Assembly (NCBI GenBank): GCA_964394205.1 | Contig: CAYMVS010000002.1 | Coordinates: 3,062-67,061, forward strand | Direction of reading: 5' to 3' | Length of the DNA: 64,000 bases | Origin: an uncultured Muribaculaceae bacterium | GTDB taxonomy: Bacteria; Bacteroidota; Bacteroidia; Bacteroidales; Muribaculaceae | Shown here: positions 19,608 through 29,275 of the stretch, piece after piece | Layout of the letters: each line of letters begins with the position of its first letter | Numbering within the stretch: position 1 is the first letter of the stretch | Position numbers and translations under genes: made by a program | The notes under the pieces: generated by a model | Told to the model about the DNA's origin: nothing | The model's input: only the letters and a program-made list of their open reading frames with translations | The model's database searches: none

Positions 19608-20677
19608 TAGACAAAAATGCAAAAATATATGTGGCCGGCCATCGCGGCCTTGTCGGCTCGGCAATCTATGAGAATCTGCGTCGTCGCGGCTACACCAACC
19701 TTGTCGGACGCACCCACGCCGAGCTCGACCTGCTCGACGCAGCGGCGGTGAAAGAGTTCTTCGACCGGGAAAAACCCGAGTATGTCATCCTCGCCGCCGC
19801 CCATGTTGGCGGTATTATGGCAAACAGTCTTTACCGCGCCGATTTCATCTATCAGAATCTTCAGATACAGCAAAATGTGATTGGTGAAAGCTTCAGGCAC
19901 GGCGTGAAGAAGCTTCTGTTTTTAGGAAGCACCTGCATCTATCCCCGCGAGGCACCCCAACCCATCCCCGAGAGCGCTTTGCTGACATCTCCGCTTGAAT
20001 ACACCAACGAGCCCTACGCTATCGCCAAGATTGCCGGATTGAAAATGTGTGAGAGCTTCAACCTGCAGTATGGCACCGACTATATCGCCGTGATGCCCAC
20101 AAATCTCTATGGGCCGCGCGACAATTTCCATCTTGAAAACTCTCACGTGTTGCCGGCCATGATACGCAAACTGCATCTGGCCAAAGCCCTCTATGAAAAC
20201 GACTTTGAGACCGTCAGGACCGACCTCGACAAGCGACCCGTTGCAGGGGTTGACGGCAAAGCGTCATGGGAGGAAATTGTGGCCACGCTCAACGGTTTCG
20301 GAATCTTTGCCGACCATCTCGAGCTTTGGGGGTCGGGCAAACCGTTGCGCGAGTTTCTTTGGAGCGAGGATATGGCCGATGCATCGGTTCATATTCTTGA
20401 AAACGTGTCGTTTGACGACCTGCGCGGCTCGTCGCCCGAGGTGCGCAACTGTCATGTGAACATCGGCACAGGCATGGAGCTGACCATTGGTGAGCTCGCC
20501 TCAAAAATCAAAGAGACCATCGGCTATCAGGGCGATCTGGTTTGGGACAGCACAAAGCCCGACGGCACTATGCGCAAACTCTGTGACGTCTCCAAGCTGC
20601 ACAGCCTGGGATGGCATCACAAAGTCGATATCGACGAGGGTATTCAGCGGCTTTACGACTGGTACCTAAATAATTAA
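19604..20677 (+). CDS. fcl: GDP-L-fucose synthase (GDP-4-keto-6-deoxymannose 3,5-epimerase/4-reductase)
   Basis: [35 protein letters not shown] overlap with gmd. Confidence 0.9.
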   Translation: MIDKNAKIYVAGHRGLVGSAIYENLRRRGYTNLVGRTHAELDLLDAAAVKEFFDREKPEYVILAAAHVGGIMANSLYRADFIYQNLQIQQNVIGESFRHGVKKLLFLGSTCIYPREAPQPIPESALLTSPLEYTNEPYAIAKIAGLKMCESFNLQYGTDYIAVMPTNLYGPRDNFHLENSHVLPAMIRKLHLAKALYENDFETVRTDLDKRPVAGVDGKASWEEIVATLNGFGIFADHLELWGSGKPLREFLWSEDMADASVHILENVSFDDLRGSSPEVRNCHVNIGTGMELTIGELASKIKETIGYQGDLVWDSTKPDGTMRKLCDVSKLHSLGWHHKVDIDEGIQRLYDWYLNN

Positions 20678-20721
20678 AAATTGTCCTCCAATAGTTTATG
20701 CAACCGTTGGAGGACAATTTT
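20677..20721. terminator. bidirectional rho-independent terminator
   Basis: aaaattgtcctccaa (20677-20691) / ttggaggacaatttt (20707-20721), between convergent fcl and the DUF308-like gene. Confidence 0.7.
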
Positions 20722-20754
20722 ATTTGGGATCAAATCCCGGTTTATCTTTAATCT

Positions 20755-21306
20755 TTACTTGCTGCTGGGACGGAGGTCGTAAGAAATCATCGCGATGCTA
20801 AAGCCCCAGTAGATAAAGGCGATTGAGGTCAGGAAGCTAACCATCCACATGTTTTGAACCCAACCGGCCTCAAGGAAGAAGAATCCGATTACAAGCATTA
20901 AAATGCCGTTTATCAGGTTGAGCCACCAGTAGCGGCGCTTACGCTCGGCAAACGAGTTCATCACGGCGCTCAAGCCCCAGTAAAGGAAAACAAATGAAAT
21001 GAAGTAGGGGAAGACAGCCTCGCTGAGCACCACACTGCGAACCAGCATAAAGCCGATAAAGATGTCGATGACACCACCGGCGAGCCACCAGCCCCAGCCT
21101 TTACCGTGGTCAGGGCCTGAAGCCACACAAAGCTGAACAATGCCGACGGCTACCATCATCCAACCAAAAATCTGTGACGACACTGCATAACCTATCTCGG
21201 GCCAGAACCAATAGGCAAAACCACACAGTACCATTAAAATGCCGGCCAAAAGCACAACCCACCAGGCACGTGACTGACCGATAAATCTACCATTTAATGC
21301 TTTCAT
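20755..21306 (-). CDS. HdeD/DUF308-like integral membrane protein
   Basis: 183 aa with six hydrophobic helices in a repeating W/G-rich pattern (WWVVLLAGILMVLCGFAYWFWP..), as in HdeD-family proteins. Confidence 0.55.
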   Translation of the reverse strand: MKALNGRFIGQSRAWWVVLLAGILMVLCGFAYWFWPEIGYAVSSQIFGWMMVAVGIVQLCVASGPDHGKGWGWWLAGGVIDIFIGFMLVRSVVLSEAVFPYFISFVFLYWGLSAVMNSFAERKRRYWWLNLINGILMLVIGFFFLEAGWVQNMWMVSFLTSIAFIYWGFSIAMISYDLRPSSK

Positions 21307-21394
21307 AATCTTTTCTATTTATTTTGTTAAACTTTTTCAATGTTATTTTAACTTTATAACAACGCCGGTCAATTTCTGTTCAAGGAAAATTAAC

Positions 21395-21402
21395 TAATTT
21401 TG
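21395..21402 (+). promoter_or_regulatory. -7 promoter box (TAATTTTG) immediately upstream of mutS2
   Basis: TAnnTTTG match ending 4 nt before the ATG at 21407. Confidence 0.4.
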
Positions 21403-21406
21403 CACT

Positions 21407-23866
21407 ATGATTTATCCTGAACGTATTGAAGAGAAAATCGGGTTTAAAGCTGTTCGTGAGGCCGTCAAAGGATTGTGCATCTCGACGCTTGGCTCTGATA
21501 TGGTCGATTTGATGACCTTTGCCACCGATTTCAACCTTGTGCAGTCACTGCTGAGCGGGGTCGACGAGATGAAAGCAATCATGTCGACCGACGACACCAT
21601 TCCCCTGGAGCAATTGCATGATGCCACCGGGCTGCTCAGGTCAATCCTCCCACCCGAGACCTTTCTCCCACCCCGCGACATCATCATGGTCAGGTCGATG
21701 ATCGCGGTGATAACCGAGGTGACCAAATTTTTTGAACGATATCGCCATGAGGGTGACGAGGGAGCGATGACAACCCCTTACCCCACCCTCGACCGCGAGG
21801 CAAGGCTCATGACACTGCCGGGGGCTCTGCTGACGGCCATCGACCGCGTGGTCGACAAATATGGCAATGTGAAAGACAACGCCTCGCCCGAGTTGGCCGA
21901 CATCCGCTCTTCCTTGCGCTCGACAACGGCGGCTGTAAACAGCATCATGCGACGGGTCATTGCCCGAGCCGTGGCCGACGGGTTGATCGAACATGACACG
22001 ACACCCTCGGTGCGCGACGGTCGCCTCGTGCTCCCGGTCGCCCCCATGAACAAGCGGCGGGTCAACGGTATCGTCCACGACGAGAGCGCCTCGGGAAAAA
22101 CCGTTTTTATAGAGCCGGCCGAGCTCGTCGAGACCAACAACCGCATCCGCGAGCTTGAGATGGAGGAACGGCGCGAGATCGCGCGCATCATGGTCTCATT
22201 GGCCAGAGATATACGCCCCCACATCCCGGCGTTGCTTGACAGCGCCACTGTTTTAGGCAACCTTGACTTCATCCGCGCCAAGGCTCTATATGCCATCGAG
22301 ACCGGCGGGAACAAACCGACAGTTGACAACACTCCCGACCTGGAGTGGTATCACGCCTGTCACCCGGTCTTGAAACTGACTCTCGAGCGCCAAGGCAAAC
22401 AGATCGTGCCTCTCGACATACGCCTCACCGCCACCGACCGCATCCTGATTATCTCGGGCCCCAATGCCGGCGGCAAGTCGGTGTGTCTCAAGACGGTAGG
22501 GACACTTCAATACATGATGCAGTGTGGCATGCTGCCACCGGTCTACGAGAACTCCCGCTTTGGCATCTTTGAAGATATTCTTGTCGACATTGGCGACGAC
22601 CAGTCGATTGAAGATGACCTGAGCACCTACAGCTCCCATCTGAGAAACATGAAAGAGTTTCTGCGTCGGGGCAGGTCGACCTCGTTGATGCTCATCGACG
22701 AGTTTGGAGGGGGCACCGAGCCACAGATTGGCGGCGCGATAGCCCAGGCGATTCTCAAGCAGTTCAACGACCTTAAGCTTTGGGGAGTTATAACCACCCA
22801 CTACCGCAACCTCATCCACCTTGCCGAGGAAACACCGGGACTGATCAACGGCTCGATGCTTTATGACCGTCACCTGATGCAGCCCATCTTCAAGCTCTCC
22901 ATCGGCAACCCCGGCAGCTCGTTTGCCATCGAGATAGCCCGCAAGATAGGTCTGCCCGAGTCAATCATCGACGATGCCTCGGCCATTGTTGGCAGCGACT
23001 ACATCAATCTCGACAAATATCTTCTTGACATAGCCCGCGACAAGCGCTATTGGGAAAACAAACGCTCCTCCATACGCCTGAAAGAGAAGAAACTCGACTC
23101 GATTGTAGAGCGTTATGAAACCGAGGCCGACACCCTGCGGCTGAAACGTCGCGAGATACTCGACGAGGCGCGTCGCCAGGCCGACGACATCATCAAGGCC
23201 GGCAACGCCTCGATTGAGCGCACCATCCACGACATCAGGCGCGCCCAGGCCGACAAGGAAAAGACTCTCGAGGCCCGCCGCCGCCTCAAGGAGGAGCGCG
23301 AAAAGCTCGCCTCGGGCGACAGCACCGGGTCTCACCCTCTGCTTGAACGCGCCCCCAAGAGCAAAAAGAGAAAAACGGCCCCCCAGGTAAAGACAAAGAG
23401 CACACCCATCACCCCCGGGCTTCACGTGCGTCTCGACGGCGCCGGCACTGTCGGGACCGTTGTCGAGGTGAGCGGCAACAAGGCGGTTGTCAACTTTGGC
23501 ATGCTCAAAACGACCGTCGACACCTCCCGCCTAACCCCCACCATAGCCAAACCGTCGACCACCGGCGGCAAATCATCCTTTGTCAGCGCGGCCACAACCG
23601 AGGCTATGCGCAACCGTCAGCTTAACTTCAAGCAGGAAATCGACGTGCGTGGCATGAGGGTCGACGAGGCCATTCAGGCCATAACATATTTTATTGACGA
23701 TGCCCTGCAGTTTGAAGTGCAGCGTGTACGCATCCTTCACGGCACCGGCACCGGCGCCCTGCGTCAGAGCATACGCCAGTATCTGTCGACGGTGCATGGG
23801 GTCAGCAGCTGCCACGACGAGGATGTGAGGCTCGGTGGAGCGGGAATAACGGTTGTAAACCTTTAA
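21407..23866 (+). CDS. mutS2: endonuclease MutS2 (MutS-family ATPase with C-terminal Smr domain)
   Basis: 819 aa. N-terminus MIYPERIEEKIGF, Walker A GPNAGGKS, DEFGGGTEP, and a C-terminal Smr domain (IDVRGMRVDEA...ILHGTGTGALR). Confidence 0.92.
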   Translation: MIYPERIEEKIGFKAVREAVKGLCISTLGSDMVDLMTFATDFNLVQSLLSGVDEMKAIMSTDDTIPLEQLHDATGLLRSILPPETFLPPRDIIMVRSMIAVITEVTKFFERYRHEGDEGAMTTPYPTLDREARLMTLPGALLTAIDRVVDKYGNVKDNASPELADIRSSLRSTTAAVNSIMRRVIARAVADGLIEHDTTPSVRDGRLVLPVAPMNKRRVNGIVHDESASGKTVFIEPAELVETNNRIRELEMEERREIARIMVSLARDIRPHIPALLDSATVLGNLDFIRAKALYAIETGGNKPTVDNTPDLEWYHACHPVLKLTLERQGKQIVPLDIRLTATDRILIISGPNAGGKSVCLKTVGTLQYMMQCGMLPPVYENSRFGIFEDILVDIGDDQSIEDDLSTYSSHLRNMKEFLRRGRSTSLMLIDEFGGGTEPQIGGAIAQAILKQFNDLKLWGVITTHYRNLIHLAEETPGLINGSMLYDRHLMQPIFKLSIGNPGSSFAIEIARKIGLPESIIDDASAIVGSDYINLDKYLLDIARDKRYWENKRSSIRLKEKKLDSIVERYETEADTLRLKRREILDEARRQADDIIKAGNASIERTIHDIRRAQADKEKTLEARRRLKEEREKLASGDSTGSHPLLERAPKSKKRKTAPQVKTKSTPITPGLHVRLDGAGTVGTVVEVSGNKAVVNFGMLKTTVDTSRLTPTIAKPSTTGGKSSFVSAATTEAMRNRQLNFKQEIDVRGMRVDEAIQAITYFIDDALQFEVQRVRILHGTGTGALRQSIRQYLSTVHGVSSCHDEDVRLGGAGITVVNL

Positions 23867-23903
23867 ATTATGTTAAATTTTACACTCATTAAATATTAGG
23901 TTG

Positions 23904-23911
23904 TATATTTG
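23904..23911 (+). promoter_or_regulatory. -7 promoter box (TATATTTG) for the Crp/Fnr-family gene
   Basis: TAnnTTTG match about 88 nt upstream of the ATG at 23999. Confidence 0.4.
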
Positions 23912-23998
23912 TGTTACAAAACATCTTTTACTGACATTTTGTTTGCCAAAAAATAATAGAATCACAACTTGCCGCCACAGGCACCCCAACATAAACTT

Positions 23999-24697
23999 AT
24001 GATTAGATCAGCGCTTGAAAAGGTTATTCAGGAAGATTTACATGAGGTGTGGACTCTTTTAAATCACGAGGAGAAACGCCTTGTGGCTGAAAACTTTACC
24101 CTCCATAATTTTAAAAAGAACCAGGTCATCTACGGTGAGGCCGAAGACCCCGAGTTTCTTTGGGTGCTGTTGAAAGGCAAGGTGAAGAAATTCAAAGATG
24201 GTGTTGGCGGTCGAGTTCAGATCATCCGTTTGATACGCCCGGTGCAATATTTCGGTTACCGCGCCTTTTTTGCAGGCGAGCCCTACGTGTCGAGCGCCGG
24301 CACCCTCGAGCCGTCGACCTTGGGGACTGTCCCCTTGTGGCTGGTCAAGCAGCTCATCATGCAAAACAACCAGTTGGCCATGTTTTTCATCCACGAGCTG
24401 TCGCGCAACCTCGGTAGCTCGGACACACGTATCGTCAATCTTACACAGAAACACATACGCGGGCGTCTTGCCGAGGCCTTGATTGTGCTCAAAGACAACT
24501 ATGGATATGAGGAAGACAACATCACCCTGCGCATCTACATGGCCCGTGAAGATCTTGCCAACCTCTCAAACATGACCACCTCCAACGCCATCAGGACCCT
24601 CTCCTGCTTTGTCAACGAGAAGATTATCATTGTCGACGGGCGAAAAATCAAGATCCTCAACGAGCCGGCACTGCGCAAAATCAGCAAGTTCGGATAA
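23999..24697 (+). CDS. Crp/Fnr family transcriptional regulator
   Basis: cNMP-binding-type beta-roll (VIYGEAEDPEFLWVLLKGKVK) plus a C-terminal HTH (REDLANLSNMTTSNAIRTLSCFVNE). The ORF-track start at 23969 is a TTG, so the ATG at 23999 is used. Confidence 0.8.
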   Translation: MIRSALEKVIQEDLHEVWTLLNHEEKRLVAENFTLHNFKKNQVIYGEAEDPEFLWVLLKGKVKKFKDGVGGRVQIIRLIRPVQYFGYRAFFAGEPYVSSAGTLEPSTLGTVPLWLVKQLIMQNNQLAMFFIHELSRNLGSSDTRIVNLTQKHIRGRLAEALIVLKDNYGYEEDNITLRIYMAREDLANLSNMTTSNAIRTLSCFVNEKIIIVDGRKIKILNEPALRKISKFG

Positions 24698-25637
24698 TTT
24701 TGCCGGTTGGTGTCCGCTGAAATTTCTCAACCTCGACAACCTGTTTCGGCACCATGCGTGCCGGCAATATGCCTCTCAACCGGGCCAACAGGCCGCTTAA
24801 GTCTCTCTCACAGTCTCTCTCAACAACTAAAGTCAAAGCCTCGCCCCACTGTGGATGAGGCTTTGATGTTATATAAAACGGCGGGAGCTTGAGCGAGGTG
24901 GCTATTTTGGCCTCCAACTCCTCGGGGTGTACCTTTATCCCCCCGGTGTTGATCACATTATCGGCGCGGCCCTGCCACTGCATGACGGTGGCCGACAGCA
25001 GTTTGACGACATCGCGTGTCACCAGGGGGCTCCATGTCGCCTCAGGGTGGTTGATGACGAGACACGAGTGGTCATCGGTTGAGAATGTCACTCCCGGCAT
25101 CGCGGTGTAATAGGGCTCGCCAAGAGGGCGCAACGCGACATGGCTGCACGTCTCGGTCATGCCATAGGTTGAAAACATCTTTGCCCGGGGCAGCCGCTCT
25201 GTCAACCGCCGTTCCTGATCAATCGACAGCGGCGCGCCGCCAATAATTATGTTCCTGATCTCGGGTGGACATGAAGCCTCGAGCAGTTTGTCGACCTGGG
25301 CCGGGACAATCGCCATCAGGTCGACCGCCGTCACATCTTCAGGCAGCCCCTCGAGCGGGTCAAGCGACGGCTTGAGCTGCACCATCCGGGCGCCGGCAAG
25401 CATCGCTCTGAGCATCATCATTTTTCCTCCGATATACTCAGGGTTGATGGCCGATAGAAAGGTCATGTTGTCACTCCCGAGACCGAGGTGTTCAAGTGTC
25501 GCCCGCGCGCTAAGCTCCATGTCGGCCTTTGAGAGACTGATCTCCTTGCCGCCGCGCGTTGTTCCCGAGGTCGATGTCGACAGGTAAGGCTCAGGGCCGT
25601 TCCACAACCGGCTGAATGTCGTCAAGGCACTATCCAC
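24681..25637 (-). CDS. menE: o-succinylbenzoate-CoA ligase-like AMP-binding (ANL) enzyme, unusually short N-terminus
   Basis: ANL motifs are present: phosphate loop TSGTTRGGK, YGMTET, TGGIKV, and a terminal PTGKIIR. It is the last gene of the men cluster. It starts at a GTG; an in-frame stop lies 5 codons upstream. Confidence 0.7.
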   Translation of the reverse strand: MDSALTTFSRLWNGPEPYLSTSTSGTTRGGKEISLSKADMELSARATLEHLGLGSDNMTFLSAINPEYIGGKMMMLRAMLAGARMVQLKPSLDPLEGLPEDVTAVDLMAIVPAQVDKLLEASCPPEIRNIIIGGAPLSIDQERRLTERLPRAKMFSTYGMTETCSHVALRPLGEPYYTAMPGVTFSTDDHSCLVINHPEATWSPLVTRDVVKLLSATVMQWQGRADNVINTGGIKVHPEELEAKIATSLKLPPFYITSKPHPQWGEALTLVVERDCERDLSGLLARLRGILPARMVPKQVVEVEKFQRTPTGKIIRTC

Positions 25638-26677
25638 TGCAAAGGTCTGTTAAGTTTAAAATCGGCATCACTGTTATATGTCAGTCTCTCCCCCTCGAGT
25701 CTGAGCGGCGAGTCAAAATTGTTGGTGTATAAAGCACCGGTGCCGAGCCCCTGAGGCATGGACACACCAAGCGAGGCGGTCCACTGGGCGATAGCGTTAA
25801 GGCCAATGTTTGACTCGAGTGCCGAGGTTATCCACCACCCTATGTTCATCTCTTCGGCGAGCTCAATCCAGTCGGCGGCGCCCGAGAAACCGCCGTGGAG
25901 CGTCGGTTTGAGAATGATATAGTGCGGTCCGACAGCCTCAAGCATCTTCAGCCTGCTGCCGTGGGTGTTCAGCCCGATCAACTCCTCGTCAAGCGCGATG
26001 GGGATAGGTGAATACTGGCAGACGGTGTGCATCGCCTCATAGTTACCGGCCCTGACCGGCTGTTCAATAGAATGGATATCGAGCGGTGCAAGCCGGTCAA
26101 GAGCCTTCAAGGCGACCCCGGGCGAAGCAAACGAACCGTTGGCATCGAGACGTATCGTCAACCGATCGTCGTCAAAATATCCGCGTATATATCTCAATAG
26201 CTCAAACTCACTCTCAAAGTCTATACCCCCTATCTTGAGCTTGATGGTGTGAAAGCCGGCCTCGATCTTGTCATTGATACGCTCAAGCATCTTCTCGCGC
26301 GACCCCATCCACACAAGGCCATTGATGGTAAGGCTCCCCCGACCCGAAGTAAAAGGAGACTGAAAGTATAACCCATGCTCGTTGTCAAGCATTGCCTGAG
26401 CCATCTCGAGACCGATTTTAATCGAGGGAAAATCAGTCACATCGGGCAGCGGGTCACCCGCCGAGATCGCCGAGCAGACCTGGGCCAACCGTGTCTCATA
26501 GTCGGGACGGTCGTCACACGACAGACCTTGAAACATGGCACACTCCCCTATCCCCGTCTTACCAGTGGCAGAGTCGACGAGTTTGACAAACCACGTGTCG
26601 CGCCAGTTCATCGACGAGCGCGAGGTGATTGCCGTCTCTTTAAACAACAGTCGGTAGCGGGCAAAGGCGGCCTGCAT
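25622..26677 (-). CDS. menC: o-succinylbenzoate synthase (enolase superfamily)
   Basis: Enolase-superfamily landmarks IKLKIGG, RLDANGSF, SIEQPV and LDEELI. 351 aa, lying between menB and menE. Confidence 0.85.
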   Translation of the reverse strand: MQAAFARYRLLFKETAITSRSSMNWRDTWFVKLVDSATGKTGIGECAMFQGLSCDDRPDYETRLAQVCSAISAGDPLPDVTDFPSIKIGLEMAQAMLDNEHGLYFQSPFTSGRGSLTINGLVWMGSREKMLERINDKIEAGFHTIKLKIGGIDFESEFELLRYIRGYFDDDRLTIRLDANGSFASPGVALKALDRLAPLDIHSIEQPVRAGNYEAMHTVCQYSPIPIALDEELIGLNTHGSRLKMLEAVGPHYIILKPTLHGGFSGAADWIELAEEMNIGWWITSALESNIGLNAIAQWTASLGVSMPQGLGTGALYTNNFDSPLRLEGERLTYNSDADFKLNRPLQWIVP

Positions 26678-27495
26678 CAGCCCGGGAATTTTGGGAATTG
26701 GTCAAAGTCGGGAGTGCGCTTTTCCAGAAAGGCGTTTTTACCCTCCTGAGCCTCGGCTGTGAGATAATACATCAGCGTGGCGTCGCCGGCAAACTCCATC
26801 AGTCCGCGCTGACCGTCGAGCTCGGCATTGAGAGCGCGCTTTATCAGACGGATAGCCATTGGCGAGCGCGACAGGATTGTCTCACACCACTCAAGGGTGG
26901 TCTCCTCAAGTTTGTCAAAGGGCACCACAGCGTTGATCATGCCCATGTCAAGCGCCTCGGCTGCAGTGTATTGGCGACAGAGAAACCAGATCTCACGGGC
27001 CTTTTTCTGACCCACACAGCGCGCCAGATAGTTTGAGCCAAACCCGCCGTCAAAACTGCCCACCTTGGGGCCTGTCTGACCAAACCGTGCGTTCTCCGAC
27101 GCTATCGTCAGGTCACACACCACGTTGAGCACATTGCCTCCTCCTATAGCATATCCGTTGACCATCGCTATAACCGGCTTGGGGAGCGAGCGTATCGCCT
27201 TGTGCAGGTCAAGCACGTTGAGGCGAGGCACGCCATTGTCGTCGATATACCCTCCGATACCTTTTACATTTTGGTCGCCCCCCGAGCAGAAAGCCTTGTC
27301 ACCGGCACCAGTAAGGATGACTACGCCAATCCCCGGGTTCTCCCGGCAGTAAGCCATTGCCTCGAGCATTTGAAAAACGGTTTGAGGGCGAAAGGCATTG
27401 TAAACCTTCGGCCGGTTGATTGTGATTTTTGCCACACGTCCATGTTGCTCAAACAGGATGTCGCTATACTCTTTTATCGATTTCCAGACTACCAT
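26677..27495 (-). CDS. menB: 1,4-dihydroxy-2-naphthoyl-CoA synthase
   Basis: Crotonase fold with [23 protein letters not shown] and GYAIGGG. 272 aa. Confidence 0.92.
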   Translation of the reverse strand: MVVWKSIKEYSDILFEQHGRVAKITINRPKVYNAFRPQTVFQMLEAMAYCRENPGIGVVILTGAGDKAFCSGGDQNVKGIGGYIDDNGVPRLNVLDLHKAIRSLPKPVIAMVNGYAIGGGNVLNVVCDLTIASENARFGQTGPKVGSFDGGFGSNYLARCVGQKKAREIWFLCRQYTAAEALDMGMINAVVPFDKLEETTLEWCETILSRSPMAIRLIKRALNAELDGQRGLMEFAGDATLMYYLTAEAQEGKNAFLEKRTPDFDQFPKFPG

Positions 27496-27508
27496 ATATA
27501 TATTTGAT

Positions 27509-29185
27509 TTATTTGTTTTTAAAGATTTGTTTCAGGCACTCGAGCGAGTAATTGCTGTCAAACCCGTGCAGGTGGAGCACTGCGGGCTTGTCGGCAACAG
27601 CGGCAAACTTGGGCCAGACCGAGCGTAACTGCCTCATTTGTCGAGCCTCAAAATATTCAAAGCCGGCTGCCAGGGCCAATTGCCTGAGGGGCAAGTTGAC
27701 CGGCTCTGTGTAAAACTTGTCGTGGGAGGGCAGAGCGCGCGTCGACCTGACATTGGTGAAGATGCCGCCGCCGCCATTGTCGATTATTACCATCTTGAAA
27801 CGCGGCGACACGTCGGTCAGCAACACCCCGATGTCATACATGGCACTCATGTCGCCGGTTATCAGCACCGTCACGTCACCAAAGACCGACGCGGCTCCGA
27901 CGGCGGTCGACGTTGACCCATCGATGCCGCTCACCCCACGGTTACAGTCAACGCGGTGGAGCCGCGACGTGTCGGCAAGCTCCATGTATCTCACCGACGT
28001 GCCATTGGAAACCTGAAGATTCCATCGGCTCGGAATGAGCTCGCCACATATAAAATAGACCGCCTTGAGATCGCTCCAGGTGAATGAGAACATCGCGTCG
28101 TTGAGCCGCGACACCGCGCGGCTCATCTTTGACCGGGCATCCGAGGAAAAATCCGACTCAACCACCGGCATCGACCGGCGCATAGCCGAGGCCAATGACC
28201 CGAAAAACGACTCGGCATCGGTCGCTATTGTCAGCGTCAGGTGACGATATGTGTCGACATGTCTCTCAACCGGGGTTACACTCCAGTGCTCGCCAACCTC
28301 AATCTGACGCAACATCTTCTTCAGCCGCCCCGACACGATGGCCCCGCCGATGGTTATCAGAATGTCAATCTTGTCGGGAGCGCAACGGGTGGCAAACAGC
28401 TCGGCCGGACCGATGCCAAGTCCATGAAGGTTTGCCACACTCTCGGCCACCAACACGACGCCCGGCATCCCGACAAAACGTGCCAGCGACCGATGCAAAG
28501 CGGCCGATGGTTGCATCTGGCCGGCAACGATGACCACCCGCCGTGAGCCCATTATACGGGAGGCAAGCGCCGCGGCATCGGCACGCTCGAGCTTTGACGA
28601 CGGCAACAGGCGTCCTATCAATCGCGGCGTCGGAGCCTCATCGGCCGCCCATGAAGGGTCAAGCAGCCCGGTGGTGTGGACATTGATATGCACCGGCCCC
28701 CGGGGGCGCCCGCAAGCCTTGGCCAACGTCTCGTTGACCAGGCGATTGTTCATCGCCCACACTCCAGGCGAGGTCAATGTCGCGTCAACCGTGCATCCCC
28801 CGACGGTATAGTTGGCCATCACTCCCGGCTGACGCATCGTTTGAGAGTCGGCCTGGTCGATCCACTCGGGGGGACGATCGGCCGAGATGACTATCAATGG
28901 AAGCTCGCGATAATATGCCTCACACACTGCCGGCCCATAATTCAAAAGAGCGGTGCCCGACGTGCACACCAGCGCCACCGGTCGGTTGGTTATCATGCAG
29001 ATACCCAGAGCCTGAAAGGCCGCGCTACGCTCGTCGACAACAACAGAGGTCAGCAGCCCGGGGGAACTGTCGAGCAACTGCATCAGCGAGGCATTGCGAC
29101 TGCCCGGCGACATCACGACATGCTCCACGCCACGCGCCACCAGCATTTGAGGCAGCTCTCGCTCGATATTCCAAAATTCATCCAT
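27509..29185 (-). CDS. menD: 2-succinyl-5-enolpyruvyl-6-hydroxy-3-cyclohexene-1-carboxylate (SEPHCHC) synthase
   Basis: ThDP enzyme with GSRNASL near the N-terminus and a ThDP-binding GDMSAMYD...IDNGGGGIF. The ORF-track TTG start (29200) lies inside the promoter box, so the ATG at 29185 is used. Confidence 0.88.
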   Translation of the reverse strand: MDEFWNIERELPQMLVARGVEHVVMSPGSRNASLMQLLDSSPGLLTSVVVDERSAAFQALGICMITNRPVALVCTSGTALLNYGPAVCEAYYRELPLIVISADRPPEWIDQADSQTMRQPGVMANYTVGGCTVDATLTSPGVWAMNNRLVNETLAKACGRPRGPVHINVHTTGLLDPSWAADEAPTPRLIGRLLPSSKLERADAAALASRIMGSRRVVIVAGQMQPSAALHRSLARFVGMPGVVLVAESVANLHGLGIGPAELFATRCAPDKIDILITIGGAIVSGRLKKMLRQIEVGEHWSVTPVERHVDTYRHLTLTIATDAESFFGSLASAMRRSMPVVESDFSSDARSKMSRAVSRLNDAMFSFTWSDLKAVYFICGELIPSRWNLQVSNGTSVRYMELADTSRLHRVDCNRGVSGIDGSTSTAVGAASVFGDVTVLITGDMSAMYDIGVLLTDVSPRFKMVIIDNGGGGIFTNVRSTRALPSHDKFYTEPVNLPLRQLALAAGFEYFEARQMRQLRSVWPKFAAVADKPAVLHLHGFDSNYSLECLKQIFKNK

Positions 29186-29197
29186 ACCACAAAAGTA

Positions 29198-29205
29198 CAA
29201 AAATA
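29198..29205 (-). promoter_or_regulatory. -7 promoter box (TATTTTTG) for the men operon
   Basis: caaaaata on the plus strand is TATTTTTG on the minus strand, 12 nt upstream of the menD ATG. It lies in the 76-nt gap after the upstream cargo gene. Confidence 0.4.
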
Positions 29206-29275
29206 ATCTTCACGACACAACACGGGGCCGAAAGCAATGGCTCCCGACCCCGCGTCAACTATTTATGAATGTGTA

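Noticed and set aside
29186-29275. Absence of menF upstream of menD as evidence of a broken menaquinone pathway
   Set aside because: A single 64-kb window cannot show that a gene is absent from the genome. The men operon has its own promoter box and intact-looking ORFs.
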